From Chiloscyllium plagiosum (lineage: Eukaryota): DNA of 54,236 nt. The stretch spans positions 37,553 to 91,788 of the forward strand of contig NC_057756.1 in assembly GCF_004010195.1 (NCBI RefSeq). Reading direction: 5' to 3'. This document shows positions 35,886-49,268 of the stretch, piece after piece (the stretch's first letter is position 1; each line of letters opens with the position of its first letter). Both the position numbers and the translations under genes were made by a program. Under the pieces are notes generated by a model, which worked only from the letters and a program-made list of their open reading frames with translations, made no database searches and was not told the DNA's origin.

Positions 35886-38800
35886 TAGAACATGGAACAA
35901 TACAGCCCAGTACAGGCCCTTCAGCCCTCGATGTTGCGCCAACCTGAGAAACTAATCTGAAGCCCATCTAACCGACATTATTCCATTATCATCCATATAT
36001 TTATCCAGTGACCATTTAAATGCCCTTAAAGTTGTTGGGTCTACTACTGTTGCAGGCAGGACATTCCAAACCCTTACTACTCTCTGAGTAAAGGAACTAC
36101 CTCTGATACCTGTCCTACATCTATCACCCCTCAGTTTAAAGCTATGTCCCCTTGTGCTAGCCATCACCATCTGAGGAAAAAGGCTCTCACTGTCCACCCT
36201 ATCCAATCCTCTGATCATTTTCTTACCTCTGTTAAATCATCTCTTACCCTTCTTCTTTGAATGAAAACAATCTCAAGTCCCTCAGCCCTTCCTCACAAGA
36301 CCTTCCCTCCATGCCAGGCAACATCCTAGTAAATCTCTTCTGAATCCTTTCCAGTGCTTCTACATCCTTCCTATAATATGGCGACCAGAACTGTACGCAA
36401 TACTCCAAATGCAGCCACACCAGAATTTTGTACAGCTGCAGCATGACCTCATGGATCTGAAACTCAATCCCTCTACCAATAAAAGCTAACATATCGTACG
36501 CCTTCTTAACACCCCTATCAATCTGGGTGACAACTTTCAGGGATCTATGTACATGAACACCGAGATCTCTCTGCTCATCTACACTACTCTGTATTCCTGT
36601 TACTCCTTTCAAAGTGAATCACCTCACACTTTTCCTTATTAAATTCCATTTGCCACATCTCAGCCCAGCTCTGCAGCTTATCTATGTCCTTCTATAACGT
36701 GCAACATCCTTTCGCACTATCCACAACGCCACTGACTTTAGTGTCACCTGCAAATTTACTAACCCATCCTTCTATGCCCTCATCCAAGTCATTCATAAAA
36801 ATGACAAACGGCAGTGGCCCCAAAACAGATCCTTGTGGTATACCACTAGTAACTGAACTCCAGGATGAACATTTCTCATTAACCACCACCTTTCAGCCAG
36901 CGATTTCTGATCCAAACCGCTAAATCACCCTCAATCCCATGCCTCCATAGTTTGTGCAGTAGCCTACCATGGGGAACCTTATCAAACACCTTACTGAAAT
37001 CCATATATACCACATACCACTTTACCCTCATCCACCTGTCTGATCACCTTCTCAAAGAACTCAATAAGGTTAGTGAGACACGACTACCCTTCACAAAACC
37101 GTGTTGATTGTCCCTAATCAACTTATTCCTTCCTAGATGATTATAAATCCTATCTATTATAACCCTTTTCAACATTTCACTCACAACCGAAGTAAGGTTC
37201 ATTGGTCTATAAATACCAGGGTTGTCTCTACTCCCCTTCTTGAACAAGAGAACAACATTTGTTATCCTGCAGTCTTCTGGCACTATTCCTGGAAACAATG
37301 ACGACATAAAGACCAAAGCCAAAGGCTCCGCAACCTCCTCCCTACTTCCCAGAGAATCTTAGGATAAATCCCATCCAGTCCAGGGGACTTATCTATTTTC
37401 ACACTTTCCAGAATTGCTAACACCTCCTCCTTATGATCCTCAATCCTGTCTAGTCTACTAGCCTATATCTCAGTATTCTCCTCATCGAAATTGTCATTTT
37501 CTGTGTGAATACTCATTTCGCACTTCCCCCACCTCCTCAAACTCCACGCAAACTTCCCACTACTATCCTTGATTGGCCCTAATCTTATGCTAGTCATCCT
37601 TTTATTCCTGATATACCTGTAGAAAGCTTTAGGATTTTCCTTGATCCTATCCGCCAACGATTTCTCATGTTTCTTCCTGGCTGTTCTTAGCACTCTCTTT
37701 AGGTCCTTCCTGGCTAACTAGTAACACTCAAGTGCCCTAACTGAGCCCACACGTCTAATCCTAATATAAGCTTTCTTCTTCCTCTTGACAAGAGATTCAA
37801 CATCTTTAGTGAACCACGGCTCCCGTGCTCAACCACTTCCTCCCTGCCTGACAGGTACAGACTTATCAAGGACACGCAGTACCTGTTGCTTGAATAATCG
37901 CATTTCAATTGTGCCCATCCCCTGCAGTTTCCTTCCCCATCCTATGCATCCTAAATCTTGCCTAAACGCATCATAATTGCCTTTCCCCCAGCTATAACTC
38001 TTGGCTGCAGTATGTGTCTGTCCCTTTCCATTGCTCAAGTAAATTGTGGTTACTATCATCAAAGTAATCACCGACCTCCAAATCTAATACCAGGCCAAGT
38101 TCATTACCCAGTACAAAATCCAATATAGCCTTGCTCCTTGTTGGCCTGTCTACATACTGTGTCAGGAAACCAACCTGCACACATTGGACAAAAACTGACC
38201 CATCTTAGGTACTCGAATTATAGCATTTCCAGTCAATATTTGGAAAGTCAAAGACCCCATAACAACTACCCTGTTACCTTCTCTCCTATCCAGAATCATC
38301 TTTGCAATCCTTGGGAGTCCAGAACGAGAGGGCATAGGTTTAGGGTTAGAGGGGAAAGATATAAAAGAGACCTAAGGGACAACTTTTTCATGCAGAGGGT
38401 GGTGCACATATGCTGCCAGAGGATGTGGTGGAGGCTGGTACAATTGCAACATTTAAGAGGCATTTGGATGGGTATATGAATAGGAAAGGTCTGGAGGGAT
38501 ATGGGCCGGGTGCTGGCAGGTGGGACTAGATTGGGTTGGGGTATCTGGTCGACATGGACAGGTTGGACCGAAGAGTCTATTTCCATGCTGTACATCTCTA
38601 TGACTCTATGACTCTATCTCAGAAACATTTTGGAGGCCTATAGGCTCTATGACTCTATCTCAGAAACATTTTGGAGGCCTATAGGAAACTCCCAATAGGG
38701 TGACCTCTCCTTTCCTGTTTGTAACCTCAGCCCATACCACCTCAATGGACAAGTCCTCATCAAACATCCTTTCTGCCACCATTATACTGTCCTTGATTAA

Positions 38801-39135
38801 CAATTCCACACCTCCCCCTCTTTTAGCCACCTTCCCTGTTCTTACTGAAACATTAAATCCTGGAACCTGCAACAACCATTCCTGTCCCTGCTTTATCTAT
38901 GTCTCCAGATGCTGCAGGTTCACCACCTTATTCCAAATGCTCCTGGTGTTGAAGTAGATGCACTTCAAATCATCTTCCTGCCTGCTGGTACACTTCTGCG
39001 AGCTTGAAAGCTTTATTTATGACCTCACTACTCTCAACCTGCTGCACAGTGGAGCTTCAATTCCTGTTCCCATTCCCCTGCTGAATTAGTTTAAATCCCA
39101 CCCTCCCAAAGATCATTAGCAAACCTCCCAGCCAA
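35886..39135 (-). mobile_element. CR1 LINE ORF2, near complete but decayed
   Basis: Collinear minus-strand ORFs 35952-36218, 36244-36612, 36692-36889, 37044-37322, 37463-37693, 37992-38180, 38660-38875. Confidence 0.92.
38310..38616 (+). mobile_element. CR1 3' tail nested in the minus-strand CR1
   Basis: Similar to 10955-11256; (CTATGACT)n tail. Confidence 0.88.
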
Positions 39136-39139
39136 AGAT

Positions 39140-39748
39140 GATTGATTGATAGGGTTGTTAAGAAGGCATATGGTGTGTTGGCTTTCATTAGCAGGGGGGA
39201 TTGAGTTTAAGAGCCGCAAGGATATGCTGCGGCTCTATACAGCACTGGTTAGACCACATTTGGAATATTGTGTTCAGTTCTTGTTGCCTCATATAGGAAG
39301 AACGTGGAAGCTTGAGAGAGGGTGCAAAGGAGATTTACCAGGATGCTGCCTGGGCATGTCTTATGAAGAAAGGTTGAGGGAGCTCGGGCTTTTCTCATTG
39401 AAGTGATGAAGGATGAGAGGTGACTTGATAGAGGTGTACGAGATGATGAGAGGCAGAGATAGAGTGGATAGTCATGGTGGAAATAGCTATCGTGAGGAGG
39501 GCATAATTTTAAGGTGATTGGAGGAACGCTTAGGGGAGATTTCAGAGGTAGGTTTTTTACGCAGAGAGTGGTGGGTGCATGGAATGCACTGCCAACAGTG
39601 ATAATAGAGTCAGATACATTCGGGACATTTAAGCGACTCTAGGATAGGCACATGGATGATAGTACAATGAAGGGTATGATCTTAGAGTAGGATAAAAGGT
39701 CGGCACAATTTCGAGGGTCAAAGGGCCTATACTGTTTTATGTTCTATG
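39140..39748 (+). mobile_element. CR1 3' end
   Basis: Similar to 16755-17285; ORF 39146-39406. Confidence 0.88.
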
Positions 39749-39769
39749 CTGAAGAGATATATCACATAG

Positions 39770-40240
39770 TTATATTAAGACAGGTAGTGATGGAAGGTGC
39801 TATCAAACAAGCTCACCAATAACCTACTCAGTGATGCCCAGTTTGGGTTCTGCCAGGGCCACTCAGCTCCTGACCTCATTACGCAGCCTTGGTTCAAATA
39901 TAGACAAAAGAGCTGAATCGCAGAGGGGAGGGGAGAGTGACAGCCCTTGGCATCAAGGCTGCTTTTGACCGAGTGTGGCATCAAGAAGCCCTCGCAAAAC
40001 TGGAATTAGTGGGTATAAGGGGCAAACTTCCTCTTGGTTGGAGTCATACCTTTCACACAGGAAGATGGTTGTGGTTGTTGGAGATCAGTCATCTCAGCTC
40101 CAGGCCATCTCTGCAGGAGTCCCTCAGGGCAGTGTCCTCAGCCCAACCATCTTCAGCTGCGTCATCAATGACCTTCCCTCCATGACAAGGTCAGAAGTGG
40201 AGATGTTCACCAATGATCGCTCAGCGTTCAGCACCATTCA
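39770..40240 (+). mobile_element. RT fragment of a divergent CR1/L2-clade LINE
   Basis: IKAAFDRVWH, WLESYL, GVPQGSVLSP, INDL across a frameshift. Confidence 0.8.
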
Positions 40241-40292
40241 TGGGTTTGAATCTCATCATGGCATTGAATTCAACAAAAACCTAGAATAAAAG

Positions 40293-41285
40293 TGGGCGGC
40301 ATGGTGGCTCAGTGGTTGGCACTGCTGCCTCACAGCGTCGGGGACCCGGGTTCGATTCCAGCCTCGGGCAACTGTCTGTGTGGAGTTTGCACACTCTCCC
40401 CGGGTCTGTTGAGGTTTCCTCCGGGTGCTCTGGTTTCCTCCCACAGTCCAAAGATGTGCAGGTCTGGTGAATTAGCCGTGATAAATTGCCCACAGTGTAC
40501 ATGGAGGTGTAGGTTAGGTGCATTAATCAGAGGTAGATGTAGAGTAATAGGGTAGGGGAATGGGAATGGGTGGGTTACTCTTTGGAGGGTCGGTGGAGAA
40601 ATCACCGGCATCAGAGTCGGGGTTCAACGACAGAGTTTATTGTACAAGGAAATACCGGAGCTCCTGGGAGAGAGAGAGAGACACCAACACCACAGGGGTC
40701 AGCTGCAAGTCTTCTCTCAACCCAGAACGCATGTCAAGAAACTTTTATACAATTTCTAATACAATAGGTCAGTGATGAGGTTATTGTGTCTGTAACATAG
40801 TTTGTTTATTGTAAACATTGCAGAATCGTTGATAGTTTCGGTGCAGTCATTGTCAGTTCCAGCGCAGCCTCTGTTAATTTCAGCATGGTCATTGTCAGTT
40901 TCAGTGTAGCCATTGTCAGTTTCAATGTCTGTGCTGAAGTCCATTGCTGTAGTAATGGGCACTAATTGCTCTTCCAGAGAAGGATAATTACTGCAGCTCT
41001 GGCTATTAGCATTTCGTATTGAGTTGGCTTTGGTGGGCAGCATATGCTATTCATGTATTCACTCCCCCACCTACCCACCTTAAACTAATCAACTGGGCTG
41101 TGAGTAACTTGTGCTGGCATTCTGGTGACCCCAGGCAGTGTCTGTGTTTGCTTTGCTGTCTCTCTCCATATTGTGGTCCGGCGGCCATCTTGTGTGTCCA
41201 TGTGCCTAGTGTCACCCTGCCCCATGCCATCTCCCACTTCAGGCCGAATGGCCTGTTTCCACACTGTAGGGATTCGATGATTTTA
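40293..41285 (+). mobile_element. HE1 SINE split by an LTR-like insertion
   Basis: HE1 head and core 40293-40593; tail resumes GGCCGAATGGCCTGTTTCCACACTGTAGG at 41242. Confidence 0.88.
40594..41241 (-). mobile_element. Solo LTR (ERV/Gypsy-like), 648 bp
   Basis: TG...CA ends; on the minus strand TATAAAA (about 40749) precedes AATAAA (about 40641); internal 21-bp tandem repeats at about 40820-40950; no TSD. Confidence 0.65.
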
Positions 41286-42104
41286 TGAAAAAACTGGTCT
41301 GAAGACGACCATGATCATTGTCACTTATTGTAAAGGTTCACTAATGCCCTTCAGGGAATAAAATCCGCCATCCTTACCTGGCCTGACCTACATGTGATTC
41401 CAGACCCACAACAATTGATTTGACACTAAAGCTGCTCTCTGGGCAATTAGAACATAGAAGAATACAGCGCAGTACAGGCCCTTTGGCCCTTGATGTTGCG
41501 CCGATCCAAGCCCACCTAACCTATACTAACCCACTATCCTCCATATACCTATCCAATGCCCGCTTAAATGCCCATAAAGAGGGAGAGTCCACCACTGCTA
41601 ACCTTACAGCCTGTTTTATACTGTATTTCAATGTCCTTCCTACCGAAGTGCATCACCTCACACTGCTCTGCATTAATCCTCATCTGCCATAAACCTGAAA
41701 ACTACACCAATGTGTCACTGTCCTGTTGGAGTTCCACACTGTCCATCACAAACATTATAATTCTTCCAGGTTTAGTATCTGCATATTTTGAAATTGTCCT
41801 ACAGTCACACACCACACAGAAATACCGATTCACTCACTATTGTGAGGAAGTGCACTATTCACACACTCCCTGAGGACAGACTTAAATACTGACACCCACC
41901 AGACAAAGCAAGTGAAATGCTGACAAGGTCACCCTGGAGCAAGAGAAATACCGACAGACATTCCATGTCTGTATTAGTTTCTGCGTATTAATGAGTTTCT
42001 CTAAATCTCTGTATCAGTGTGTGTGTGTATATCTGTGTGTGTCTGCGTGGGACGAGTCTGGCAGTCACTATGGTGCTTACAGTGATGTAATATCCACCTG
42101 ACAC

Positions 42105-42603
42105 GAGTTCTGAGGAAGGGTCACTCGACCTAAAACGTTAACTTTCATTTCTGTCCACAGATGCTGCCAGACCTGAACAGCAATGGTCCCAAAACAGATC
42201 CTTGCGGAACACCGCTAGTGACGGCACTCCATGAAGAAACTTTGCCATCAACTACTACCCTCTGTCATCTTCCATCCAGCCAATTCCTAATCCAAACCTC
42301 CAACTCACCCTCAATGCCATATCTCCGAATTTTCTGCAGTAGCCTACCATGGGGAACCTTATCAAACGCCTTACTAAAATCCATATATACCACATCTACC
42401 GCTTTCCCCTCATCAACCTCCTTCGTCACCTTTTCAAAGAATTCAATAAGGTTTGTGAGGCACGACCTGCCCTTCACAAAACCATGCTGACTTATCCTTG
42501 ATCACATTATTCCTATCCAGATGTGCATAAATCCTATCCCTTACAATTCTCTCTAAGACTTTGCCCACAACAGAAGTGAGACTCACCGGCCTATAGTTAC
42601 TAG
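42105..42603. mobile_element. Penelope-derived repeat (+, 42105-42176) abutting a CR1 RT fragment (-, 42175-42603)
   Basis: CTGAGGAAGGGTCACTCGACCTAAAACGTTAA; ORF 42265-42477 (DFSKAFDKVPH). Confidence 0.85.
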
Positions 42604-42899
42604 TACCAACAATTGTTGGTCTCACCAGCAGTGCCTATGTCATATTAAATCATATATATATTGTATTTGTATGGAGAGAAAAAGAGACAGGAGGCCTTCT
42701 AGAGGGAGTATGTGTCGAAATAGGAGGTGATTGGTTCTGAGAGGTATGTGCGATGCGGATTTAAGGTTATCATGAGATCAGCAATTATCTTATTGAATGG
42801 TGGAGGAGGGGCTGAATGGCCTCTTGCTGCTCCTGATTCGTATATTCGGAGAGGGAAGGTTAGAGACAGGGAGGTTGTTGGGGCAGGGGGAAAGGTGGG

Positions 42900-42908
42900 A
42901 TATATATG

Positions 42909-42949
<41 letters not shown>

Positions 42950-42990
42950 GGCTAAAAAGGGGGAAGGGTCGATAAAGAGAGAGAGAGAGG
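42900..42990. repeat. (TA)n/(GA)n microsatellite
   Basis: Directly visible. Confidence 0.9.
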
Positions 42991-43686
42991 CTGGAAGTGA
43001 AGGTGATCTTGACCACATTTACATCTTCCTGGGTAATCGCCCCACCCCGAGTCCTGAAGCATCGATTGCTATCTGTTTCTGTTCTGAATTTCATCAGCCA
43101 CCCATACTTCTGCAGGCTGGAGAATTTTAAAGATTCTCAGTTACAGAGTCATCGGGCACAGAAGCAGACCTTTTGATTCAACTCATCCACACCCATCAGG
43201 TTTCCCAAACTAAACCAATCCCGCTTGCCTGCATTTGGCCCATATCCTGTCAACCTTTGCTCTTCATGTACTTATCTTAATGTCTTTAAAATCTTGTAAC
43301 TGTACCTGCATCTACCACTTCCTCCTCTGGCAGTTCATTCCAAACATGAACCACCTTCTGTGTGAAAAATTTGCCCCTCAGGTCCCTTTCCCGAGAATGT
43401 TTAATGGATTTGAAATTTTATGTGTCTTCAAACCTTCGTTGTAGCTCATAACTTGATATTCCAATGCTCTCTCAGGCTGCTCCCTCTTGTTCTACCCTCT
43501 ATAAACCCAAGGTCATCTGAAAGGTGTCTGAACTCATCATGTATCTCAGTCCCCCATCAGCCCCGTGCTCACTGAGTCACATTGGCACCAGCCAAGCAAT
43601 TCAAGGCATTGGTTTCCGTTCCTGGCCTGATCATTGCCCCTGTCCATCTCTGTACATTCCTCCAGCCCCAAGATCTCCGAGATCAT

Positions 43687-44640
43687 TGTTGTTGGAGAAA
43701 TTTGCCCGATAGGTTAGAGATCACAAAGCACAGCTCAACGTGAAACTGACAAACAGTTTATTACAAGCAATATCGCTGGGAGAGAAACTGACTAGGCTGA
43801 CACAGCACTGACAGTCTGTACAGGTAGATCAGACTTTCTCTTCCCAGAGCTGAGGATGAGACCAGTTTTTATTATAATGCTGCACAATAAGGCTGATTAA
43901 GAAATGGGGAACATACAACGTATCTGCAAATGGAGTAATCTAGTTGCAAGGATGCTAAATGGAAAACAGTTATCGGATGAATGTCCTATTCCTTCACACA
44001 GTGGAACATCCTGACAGTATCGATGGTTCCATTCCTCTTCATAGGTAGGTGTTAATATCTCCTCTGAAGTGGTGAGGTTCTTTCATTGTCCTGTTCCTGG
44101 AGCATATCCTTTTAGGTGCCTCTCTGTCTGACGTGCTCTTTGTGTGGCTTTGGTATTGCTGGGTTGTGAAGCTGCCCTTGGGGCTTTGAGATATCTGTGG
44201 TTTGAAAGCACAGCGCAGATACCACACCGGGGAGACTAAGCATCGGGGAACTCTGTGTTAACTTGTAAAGTGCTCATGCTGTTTTGTTTCACCTGCCCAG
44301 CAGTGCTGTGCCTCCCCATGATGATTGGCTGCTGTTACCTGATCTCAACAACCTTGAGCCTCGATTACAGACTGCTCCTAGTCTGTGAGTAAACCCCACA
44401 CTCTTGCATGCTGTGCAGACTCCTCTGTATTGAATTCTCTTTCAATCATTCCCTGTGTGTCTGTGCAACTTCCACACCTCGCCACGGTCACTGCCTTTTG
44501 GATGTCGTCAATAAATACTGTCCTGGCTTATATTCCTCACGGGCTTTCTCTGATTTGCCTTTCCGCAAGCTTACTTACACTTCCTTTTCAACTAAACTTT
44601 CAATATCGTTCCTCATGCAAGTTTCCCAAATCTTGTCATC
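43687..44640 (-). mobile_element. Probable solo LTR (boundaries uncertain)
   Basis: Starts TGTTG; minus-strand TATA-like element (about 43873) precedes AATAAA (about 43763); left end resembles the 40594 LTR (TGGAGAAAT...GTTTATT...CAAG...CTGGGAGAGA). Confidence 0.45.
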
Positions 44641-45161
44641 CTTCTCTGTCTTATCTCCAGGCATATGCAGGTCCTAAAGTCTGATCACCTGGGCCTTTAA
44701 AAGACTCCCACGTCAGATGTGGATTTACCCCCTCCCCCCCCAGCAGCTGCCCTAACCTCATTTCTCCAGTTCCTACCAAATATTGTTGTAATTAGCGAAT
44801 TAGCCTGCCCCCAGTTTAGCACTTTCATCTGAAGGCTAGTCTTATACTTAACGCTAACTATTTTAAAAGTTAACTAAGTTATGATCACTGTTCCCAGTAT
44901 GCTCCACCACTGAAACTTCAATCATCTGGCCAGGTTCATCCCTCAATACAGTAGAGAGGGAAAGTTCAAAGTAAAGGTACAAGGGGTGTGTTTTATATAG
45001 AGGGCAGTAGATGTCTGGAATGTGCTGCCAGGGAAGTGGTAGAAGCAGATACAATAGCAATGTTTAAAAGGCATTTAGACAGACACATGAACAGGCAGCG
45101 AATAGAGAGATAAGGACCATGTCCAGGCAGATGGGATTAGTTTAGAATGGCATCATGGTAG

Positions 45162-45911
45162 TGTTATATCATGGAGGTTAATTAAAACCAGACACCCAGA
45201 AAAATACACCTCGTAATCTGTTAAAAGTATGAGGGAGTGGAAGAGAACTCCTAATTTCCACGATTTATTTTCCTAACTCCAGTAGCGAACACCAAACAAA
45301 ACCATTAACAAACTGAAATCCCATTCCCCTAACTGAACACAATCCTATTACCACACTGCTCCAGTAACACACTTATTACCTTGACTTCATCTTAAATCCA
45401 CACAGTCTCTGTCTTCTCTGCTGCCTTCGATGTTTTATCTGCTGATCTCCCTGGTTCATCGTCTTTCTTCCATTGTGAGTATGTTTTACAAGAAAAAGGT
45501 ACCTTTTCATATAGAGTGCTTTCTAATTTCTTTGAGAGTAAGATTTTAGATGGGCAGTTAGCTCTCTGAGTGTACAGCAATTGCTCTGCTGTTCTGTGGC
45601 AGTTGCTCTGACCAATTTTCATTTATACCCCCAACATCGTTCCCTGTCATTGGTCTGATATTGTCAAAACAATAAATTCAAACTTGATTGGGGTTAATTT
45701 AAGCTAGTTGGTTAAATTCAAATTGTTGTCAAAACAGCAACCAAAACTCAGGTATCCATTTCATGGCCAATTGTTACATGTATCTATTTTGGAACGTGTT
45801 CTTCCCCAGCCTTTCCATTTGGGCAGCTGAGCCTGCACTTGAAGTTTACTTCAATATCCAGAAAACACTCTCTATTTTAAAGTGAACATACATGCTTTTG
45901 GCCTAATAACA
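45162..45911 (-). mobile_element. Gypsy-type solo LTR, 750 bp, inserted in a CR1 tail
   Basis: Termini TGTTAT...ATAACA are perfect inverted repeats; flanks GTAG / GTTG fit a 4-bp TSD with one mismatch. Orientation is tentative. Confidence 0.75.
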
Positions 45912-46514
45912 GTTGACACAGGTAGGATATAGGGTCTGTTCCTGTGTTTTATTTAATTCACTCATGAGATGTGGCTGTCACTGGCCAGGCCAGCATTTGC
46001 TAATTAGTGTGAAGTTTTGGGTCTGGAGTCACGTTTGGGCCAAACCAGGTAAGAATGGCAGTTTTGTTCCCTAAAATAATCTGACAACCAAGAATGGTTT
46101 AAATGAGTTCTAATTCCAGATATTTATGGATTTCACATTTTTGGAATCCACCGTCTGCCATGGCAGGATTTGAACCCAGGTCCCCAGGCTCTCTGGATTA
46201 GTAATACCACTAGGCCAACATCTGCCTACTATTTACATTATCTTTGTGCTGGTTTGTGAAAAGGATGACTTGTTGTAAAGACCAGATTTTAGCAATTTTG
46301 TATTTCCATAATTGTGGTCTGAATTGAGAAAATAACTGTTTGCTGACTGGTTTGACAGCAAGTAACTCGACCCTCATTGTGAGTACTGTTGGCATAGCTA
46401 TGGGTTATAGCATGTTTGCAGACAAGCTGGAGTCAAGGGCCTGTGTATTGATGAAGATGCATCTAGAAGTGACTGGTTTGCAAGCTGGTGAATCAGTGAC
46501 AACCATGTGATCGG

Positions 46515-47258
46515 CAAATGGAGTTTAATGTGGAAAAGTGTGAGGTGATTCACTTTGGAAGGAATAACAGGAATAAAGAGTACTGGGCCAATGGTAAAAT
46601 TCTTGGCAGTGTAGAAGAGAAGAGAGATCTCGGTGTCCATGTACATAGATCCCTGAAAGTTGCGACCCAGGTTGATAGGGTTATTAAGAAGGCATGCAGT
46701 GTGTTAGCATTTATTGGTAGAGGTATTGAGTTTCAGAGCCACATGCTGCAGCTGTAAATAACTCTGGTGCGGCCGCATTTGGAGCGTACCGTTCTGGTCA
46801 CTGCATTATAGAAAGGATGTGGAAGCTTTGGAAAGGGTTCAGAGGCGATTTACTAGGATGTTGCCTGGGGAATGGCGAGAAGGTCTTGTGAGGAAATGCT
46901 GAGAGACTTGAGGGAAGAAAGTTGAGAAGTGATTTAATTGAGACATACAAGATAATCAGAGGGTTAGATAGGGTGGACAGTGACAGCCTTTTTCTTCAAA
47001 TGATGATGGTTAGCATGAAGAGACATAGCTTTAAATTGAGGGGTGATAAATATAGGACAGATGTCAGAGGTAGTTTCTTTACTCAGAGAGTAGTAGGGGC
47101 GTGGAACGCACTGCCTGCAACAGTAATAGACTCACCAACTTTAAGGGAATTTAAATGGTCATTGGATGAAAATGGAACTGTGTAGGTTAGATAGACTTCA
47201 GATCAGTTTCACAGGTTGGTGCAACATCAAGAGCCGAAGGGCCTGTACTGCGCTGTAA
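46515..47258 (+). mobile_element. CR1 3' portion
   Basis: ORFs 46518-46757 and 46922-47185. Confidence 0.9.
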
Positions 47259-47565
47259 TTAGATTACATTACAGTGTGGAAACAGGCCCTTCGGCCCAAC
47301 AAGTCCACACCGACCCGCCGAAGCGTAACCCACCAATACCCCCACATTTACCCCTTACCTAACACTACGGGCAATTTAGCATGGCCAATTCACCTGACCT
47401 GCACATCTTTGGACTGTGGGAGGAAACCGGAGCACCCGGAGGAAACCCATGCATCCACGGGGAGAACGTGCAAACTCCACACAGTCAGTCGCCTGAGGCG
47501 GGAATTGAACCCGGGTCTCTGGCGCTGTGAGGCAGCAGTGCTAACCACTGTGCCACCGTGCAGCC
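47258..47565 (-). mobile_element. HE1 SINE
   Basis: Near-identical to 13603-13911. Confidence 0.92.
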
Positions 47566-47810
47566 CACTGCCACTGTGCCGCCCACCAATGTTCTCTGTT
47601 CTGTTGGTTCCCAGGTAGAACCAGCCAGAAGCACTCTCCCTGTCTCTGCAGTAAGCCACTTTAAACCTGAAGAAAGCCAGGTTTTCTATCTTTCTGTCAG
47701 CAGTTGCTGTAACTTTTAATAGATAAGTTGGGCGCTTTGCCATCAGTGAAATAGCCACCCTGTGCCTCATACAAACCAGAGGCATTATCAAGATTCTGAA
47801 TAAAACCTGA

Positions 47811-48145
47811 ATCATAGAATCCCTGCAGTGTGAAATCAGGCCATTTGGCCCATCAAATTCACAGCGATCCTCTGAAGAGCAACCCACCCATATCCCTGAA
47901 ACTGTGCATTTCCCCATGGCTGACCCATTTAGCCTACACATCCCTGGACACTATGAGCAGTTTAGCATGGCCAATCCACCCTAACCTACACATCTTTGGA
48001 TTGTGGGAGAAAACCAGAGCAAACCCACTCAGACACGGGAAGAAGGTGCAAACTCCACACAGACAGTCGCCCAAGATGGAAATTGAACCCGGGTCCTTGG
48101 CGCTGTGAGACAACAGTGCTAACCACTGAGCCACCGTGCTGTCCC
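47811..48145 (-). mobile_element. HE1 SINE (more diverged)
   Basis: tRNA-like head on the minus strand, conserved core and tail. Confidence 0.88.
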
Positions 48146-48171
48146 AAACCAGAATCACTTCAGCAACCTTT

Positions 48172-49268
48172 GTGGAAGTTGAGTTCTTTCTCCAGGCGTT
48201 GGGTGGTAAGGGAGTGGCGGTGAAGGAGGCCCAGGATCTCCATGTCCTGAGTAGAGTGGGAGGGGGAGTTGAAATGTTGGGCCACAGGGCGGTGTAGTTG
48301 ATTGGTCCGGGTGTCCTGGAGATGTTCCCCAAAGCGCTCTGCTAGGAGGTGTCCAGTCTCCCCAATGTAGAGGAGACCACATCGGGAGCAACGAATACAA
48401 TAAATGACATTGGTGGATGTGTAGGTGAAACTTTGATGGATGTGGAAGGCTCCTTTGGGGCCTTGGATGGAGGTGAGGAGGGAGGTGTGGGCACAGGTTT
48501 TGCAATTTCTGTGGTGGCAGGAGAGGGTGCCAGGACAGGAGGGTGGGTTGTTGGGGGGCGTGGACCTGACCAGGTAGTCACGGAGGGAACGATCTTTGCA
48601 GAAAGCTGATAGGAGTGGGGAGGGAAATATATCCCTGGTGGTGGGGTCCGTTTGTCGGTGGCAGAAATGTCGGCGGATGATGCTGTTTATGTGGAGGTTG
48701 GTGGGTGGAAGGTGAGGACCAGGGGAGTTCTGTCCTTGTTATGATTGGAGGGGTGAGGTTTGAGGGCAGTGGTGCGGGACATGGATGAGATGCGTTGGAG
48801 GGCATCTTCAACCACGTGGGAAGGGAAATTATGGTCTTTGAAGAAAGAGGCCACTTGGTGTGTTCTGTAGTGGAACTGGTCCTCTTGGGAGCAGATACGG
48901 TAGAAGCGGAGGAATTGGGAATACGGGATGGCATTTTTGCAGGAGGTAGGTTAGGAAGAGGCGGAATCCAGGTAGCAGTGGGAGTCGGTGGGTTTGTAAA
49001 ACATGTCAGAGTTGAGTCGGTTGTCATTGATGGAGATGGAGAGGTCCAGGAAAGGGAGGGAGGTGTCAGAGATGGTCCAGGTAAATTTAAGGTTGGGATG
49101 GAACGTATTGGTGAAGTTGATGAACTGCTCAACTTCCTTGTGGGAGCATGAGGTGGCGCCGATGCAGCCAGCAAATGTAGCAGAGGAAGAGGTGGGGAGT
49201 GGTGCCGGTGTAACCGCGGAAGATAGACTGTGCCACGTAGCCAACAAAGAGACAGGCATAGCTGGGGC
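48172..49268 (-). mobile_element. Penelope-like element, RT C-terminus and GIY-YIG endonuclease, frameshifted
   Basis: GPSYACLFVGY, FHPNLKFTW, LPFLD, YKPTDSHCYLD; minus strand near 48410-48330 encodes VIYCIRCSRCGLLYIGETG. Confidence 0.9.
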
